A stretch of DNA of 12,792 bases, taken from NCBI GenBank assembly GCA_051645985.1, contig JBOFCH010000262.1, forward strand, positions 1 to 12,792, given 5' to 3'. Numbering within the stretch: the stretch's first letter is position 1; each line of letters opens with the position of its first letter. The translations under genes and the position numbers were made by a program. This stretch comes from Plesiomonas sp. (lineage in GTDB: Bacteria > Pseudomonadota > Gammaproteobacteria > Enterobacterales > CAMTGL01). The notes beneath the pieces were generated by a model that saw only the letters and a list, made by a program, of their open reading frames with translations, searched no databases and was not told the DNA's origin. Positions 10,437-12,792 of the stretch are shown here, piece by piece.

Positions 10437-11163
10437 TATTCCTAAGTACATCCTGCGCGGTCTGCAAATCTGGGGCTTTGCTGATATGGCTCAGTTCGTC
10501 GCGTACCTGCTGGCGCCGCAAGATACCAAAGTCGGGACACTGGTGGCGATCAATGCGGAGAAGGTAATGACCGCCGAAGAGTCGCCGGCACTTAAGGCAT
10601 TGCTGAATGCGGCTGAGTACAAATATGCCGATGGGGTCAGCATTGTGAACTCCATCCGCCGTAAATATCCAGAAAGTCCAAAGCTGCAACGCATTCCGGG
10701 CTGCGAGTTGTGGGAAGCGCTGATGGAAGAAGCAGGCCGTCAGGGGATCCCGGTCTTTCTGGTCGGCGGTCGTCAGGATGTGTTAAGTGAAGTGGAAGAT
10801 AAACTACGCCAGCAATGGCAGGTCAATATCGTTGGCAGTCAGAATGGTTACTTCACGGCCGAGCAGACGCCGGATCTGTTCGAACAAATTCGCGCTAGCG
10901 GCGCAAAGCTGGTAACGGTTGCGATGGGATCGCCTAAGCAAGAGCTGTTTATGCGCGATTGCCGTAAGGTTTACCCCGATGCTCTCTACATGGGGGTCGG
11001 TGGCACGTATGACGTGTTTACCGGCCATGTGCTGCGCGCCCCTGCCTTATGGCGTAAATTGGGTCTGGAATGGCTGTATCGTTTACTGTCACAACCGACC
11101 CGTTGGCGGCGTCAGCTCAAACTTTTGAAGTATGTCGCGTATCATTACAGTGGAAAGCTGTAG
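10429..11163 (+). CDS. wecG: UDP-ManNAcA:lipid I ManNAcA transferase (GT26, WecG/TagA/CpsF family)
   Basis: 244 aa. [57 protein letters not shown] and [19 protein letters not shown] match E. coli WecG (RffM). AAGGTG lies 7 nt upstream. Overlaps the wzyE 3' end by 8 nt. Confidence 0.95.
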   Translation: MSDIPKYILRGLQIWGFADMAQFVAYLLAPQDTKVGTLVAINAEKVMTAEESPALKALLNAAEYKYADGVSIVNSIRRKYPESPKLQRIPGCELWEALMEEAGRQGIPVFLVGGRQDVLSEVEDKLRQQWQVNIVGSQNGYFTAEQTPDLFEQIRASGAKLVTVAMGSPKQELFMRDCRKVYPDALYMGVGGTYDVFTGHVLRAPALWRKLGLEWLYRLLSQPTRWRRQLKLLKYVAYHYSGKL

Positions 11164-11199
11164 TTTTAAGCAAGTTTCGGGTAAAGTATCAGCAGTCGG

Positions 11200-11266
11200 T
11201 TCTTTTTGCAGAAAAAAATGCGAAAAGGGCTAGACAGGTACAGATGAAATCCGTAATATGCGACCC
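11200..11266 (+). promoter_or_regulatory. Putative sigma70 promoter of the tRNA operon (UP-like A/T tract, -35, -10, GC-rich discriminator)
   Basis: TAGACA (11231-11236), a 17-nt spacer, then TAATAT (11254-11259), followed by GCGACCCCGC, a GC-rich discriminator typical of stringently controlled stable-RNA promoters. Preceded by the A/T tract TTCTTTTTGCAGAAAAAAATGCGAAAA (about 11200-11227). The predicted TSS is about 15-20 nt before tRNA-Arg. Sequence inspection only. Confidence 0.6.
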
Positions 11267-11282
11267 CGCAACGGCGCGCAGG

Positions 11283-11359
<77 letters not shown>

Positions 11360-11433
11360 TATAGCAATGTGAATGTGCGAATATGGTAGTGTATTGTGCC
11401 CAACGTTGTGGATGTAAGCTGAAAAAACTCTAT

Positions 11434-11510
11434 GGTGGCTGTAGCTCAGTTGGTAGAGTCCTGGATTGTGATTCCAGTTGTCGTGGGTTCGAGCCCCATC
11501 AGCCACCCCA
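11434..11510 (+). tRNA. hisR: tRNA-His (anticodon GUG)
   Basis: 77 nt. Has an encoded extra 5' G(-1) opposite C73 (GGTGGCTG...CAGCCACCCCA), the hallmark of bacterial tRNA-His. Anticodon arm CTGGA-TTGTGAT-TCCAG, encoded CCA. Confidence 0.97.
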
Positions 11511-11559
11511 GATTAAACAGTATGGCGAAAGCGGTACTGAGCAAGAAGATAAGTGATAC

Positions 11560-11646
11560 GCGAAGGTGGCGGAATTGGTAGACGCGCTAGCTTCAGGTGT
11601 TAGTGTCTTAACGGACGTGAGGGTTCAAGTCCCTCTCTTCGCACCA
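11560..11646 (+). tRNA. leuT: tRNA-Leu (anticodon CAG), class II with long variable arm
   Basis: 87 nt. GCGAAGGTGGCGGAATTGGTAGACGC, anticodon arm CTAGC-TTCAGGT-GTTAG, long variable arm, GGTTCAAGTCC T-arm, encoded CCA. Confidence 0.97.
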
Positions 11647-11669
11647 CACTTCTTGTGAACATGAATATT

Positions 11670-11746
11670 CGGTGAGTAGCGCAGCCCGGTAGCGCAACTG
11701 GTTTGGGACCAGTGGGTCGGAGGTTCGAATCCTCTCTCACCGACCA
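11670..11746 (+). tRNA. proM: tRNA-Pro (anticodon UGG)
   Basis: 77 nt. CGGTGAGTAGCGCAGCCCGGTAGCGC, anticodon arm ACTGG-TTTGGGA-CCAGT, GGTTCGAATCC T-arm, encoded CCA. Fourth gene of the conserved argX-hisR-leuT-proM arrangement. Confidence 0.97.
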
Positions 11747-11755
11747 TCATAATGA

Positions 11756-11788
11756 AAAGCCCGCTCTTTGAGCGGGCTTTTTGTTTTT
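11756..11788 (+). terminator. Rho-independent terminator of the tRNA operon (A-tract/T-tract flanked, potentially bidirectional)
   Basis: AAAA-GCCCGCT(11759-11765)-CTTTG-AGCGGGC(11771-11777)-TTTTTGTTTTT. A 7-bp GC-rich stem and 5-nt loop with a T-run immediately 3', located 10 nt after tRNA-Pro. Confidence 0.9.
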
Positions 11789-12008
11789 CTGCTGATTCGC
11801 ATGTTGAACCTCCTCTGCCATCCCGCTTTTCTATGTATTCTTTCTGTGCATCCTTCCTTACGCGTTGTTCTGATCTTATTCTTGGTGTTGTTTTCTGGCG
11901 GTGTATTCTCTGCACTTGTGCTAGGTACCTGCTCACGTAGTCTGGTATCCCAGATGTACGCAGTGTCGTGTCATGACCGATGTCTGTATATAGAGGGGTA
12001 TATACTTA

Positions 12009-12038
12009 TATAAAGAAGAGGATGTTTATAAAGAAGAG
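12009..12038 (+). repeat. 12-bp perfect direct repeat TATAAAGAAGAG x2 (18-bp period) in the orphan spacer
   Basis: TATAAAGAAGAG at 12009-12020 and again at 12027-12038, separated by GATGTT. Confidence 0.6.
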
Positions 12039-12087
12039 AATATTCAGGAAAAGGGATAAACGCCGAGTGTGATCAAGTTAGTGATGG

Positions 12088-12124
12088 GTTGCCGCTTGGC
12101 GACGTACTGTGTGCTAGCGGCAAC
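12088..12124 (-). other. 9-bp perfect inverted repeat just downstream of the nicotinamidase-like gene (weak terminator candidate)
   Basis: GTTGCCGCT (12088-12096) and AGCGGCAAC (12116-12124) flank a 19-nt spacer, 24 nt past the minus-strand stop. No U-run follows on the minus-strand transcript, so the terminator function is doubtful. Confidence 0.25.
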
Positions 12125-12147
12125 GAAGAAGAACAGGCAATAAAGAA

Positions 12148-12792
12148 TTAATATGCGAGTTGTTGCAGGGTGTGCAGTAGCGCCTCTTGATCATCACACA
12201 GAGAAATACCGGCGGCCGCCATTTCCTGACAGGCTTGCGCGGTGGTGTCTGGCGCAATCCCACGGCAGGCTGCCAGATTCAGTAACACCGTAAAATGGCC
12301 AGTGCGCTGTAGTTGCAGTGCGGTGGTTTTCACGCAGTAATCAGTTGCCAGTCCGCCCAGTATGATATGGGTCACGCCCTGACAGCACAGCCACTCGATA
12401 AGTCCGGTGCTGAGTTTTTCCTGCAAATCATGATAGCAAGCACCGTACGGATGCAGATCTGGCTCAATACCTTTCCACACCACAAAGTCATACTCGGTGA
12501 CAGCAGGTAGACCGGGAATGGTTTCAAAACCGCGCGTACCAGGAACGGCATGGGCCACCCACGTTAGATCGGCATTCGGATGTGGCAAGGGCTGTAACAT
12601 CTGTTGTGGGTCATCCACTACCCACAGTGCATTGGCCGGATGGGCATCTTTGGTCAGCACCCGCACGTGGGCCAATTGCGCCTGCGTATTGAGGGCCTCG
12701 GCAATTTGATCGCCGCCCTGTACCGGCAGCTCCTGTGGGCACAGCGGAGAGAATGTACACTGCGGATCGACATCGAGCGCTGCAATCTTCAT
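12148..12792 (-). CDS. Nicotinamidase / isochorismatase-family cysteine hydrolase (PncA-like)
   Basis: 214 aa. The ATG is the last three bases of the window, so no upstream context is visible. Catalytic triad candidates fall in the expected order: Asp in ALDVDPQCTF, Lys in VVWKG, Cys in GGLATDYCVKTTAL (compare PncA GLATDYCVKFT). A metal-site-like KDAHP...H(AVPG) parallels PncA DWHP...H. The distance from Met to the first Asp matches E. coli PncA, which supports this start. Confidence 0.72.
   Translation of the reverse strand: MKIAALDVDPQCTFSPLCPQELPVQGGDQIAEALNTQAQLAHVRVLTKDAHPANALWVVDDPQQMLQPLPHPNADLTWVAHAVPGTRGFETIPGLPAVTEYDFVVWKGIEPDLHPYGACYHDLQEKLSTGLIEWLCCQGVTHIILGGLATDYCVKTTALQLQRTGHFTVLLNLAACRGIAPDTTAQACQEMAAAGISLCDDQEALLHTLQQLAY

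Noticed and set aside
11768-12013. 81-aa (or 70-aa from ATG 11801) hydrophobic + strand ORF in the spacer, a possible small membrane protein
   Set aside because: The hydrophobicity follows trivially from the T-rich composition. It has no SD, it begins inside or just after the terminator so it should not be transcribed, and it has no recognisable motif.
11747-12147. Integration scar or att site of a genomic island at tRNA-Pro
   Set aside because: I found no direct-repeat copy of the tRNA-Pro 3' end (GGTTCGAATCCTCTCTCACCGACCA) or any sizeable part of it downstream. There is also no integrase fragment. The window provides no positive evidence for this.

Overview
This window is an ordinary, well-known housekeeping locus of an Enterobacterales genome, and I found no convincing undescribed system in it. 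About 11.1 kb (1-11163, + strand) is the enterobacterial common antigen (ECA) wec/rff operon in the same order as E. coli K-12: wzzE (3' end only), wecB, wecC, rffG, rffH, wecD, wecE, wzxE, wecF, wzyE, wecG. All ten complete genes are intact and tightly packed, with four ATGA start/stop overlaps. Their products align residue by residue with the E. coli proteins as I remember them, but they are clearly diverged, so this is not E. coli or Salmonella. Plesiomonas or a similar genus is an unverified guess. After wecG comes a sigma70-type promoter with an A/T-rich UP-like tract and a GC-rich discriminator. It drives the conserved four-tRNA operon Arg(CCG)-His(GUG)-Leu(CAG)-Pro(UGG) (argX-hisR-leuT-proM equivalent), which ends in a clean Rho-independent terminator. 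A ~360 bp AT-rich, T-skewed spacer with no credible gene follows, then a convergent minus-strand nicotinamidase (PncA/isochorismatase-family) gene whose ATG sits on the window edge. Only small items merit a second look: structured repeats in the wzzE-wecB leader, the absence of the yifK-type permease gene found in E. coli between wecG and argX, and the orphan spacer after tRNA-Pro. All are low to moderate interest. Several ORF-track entries (483, 2782, 5595, 7885 starts) are upstream over-extensions, and I give corrected starts.
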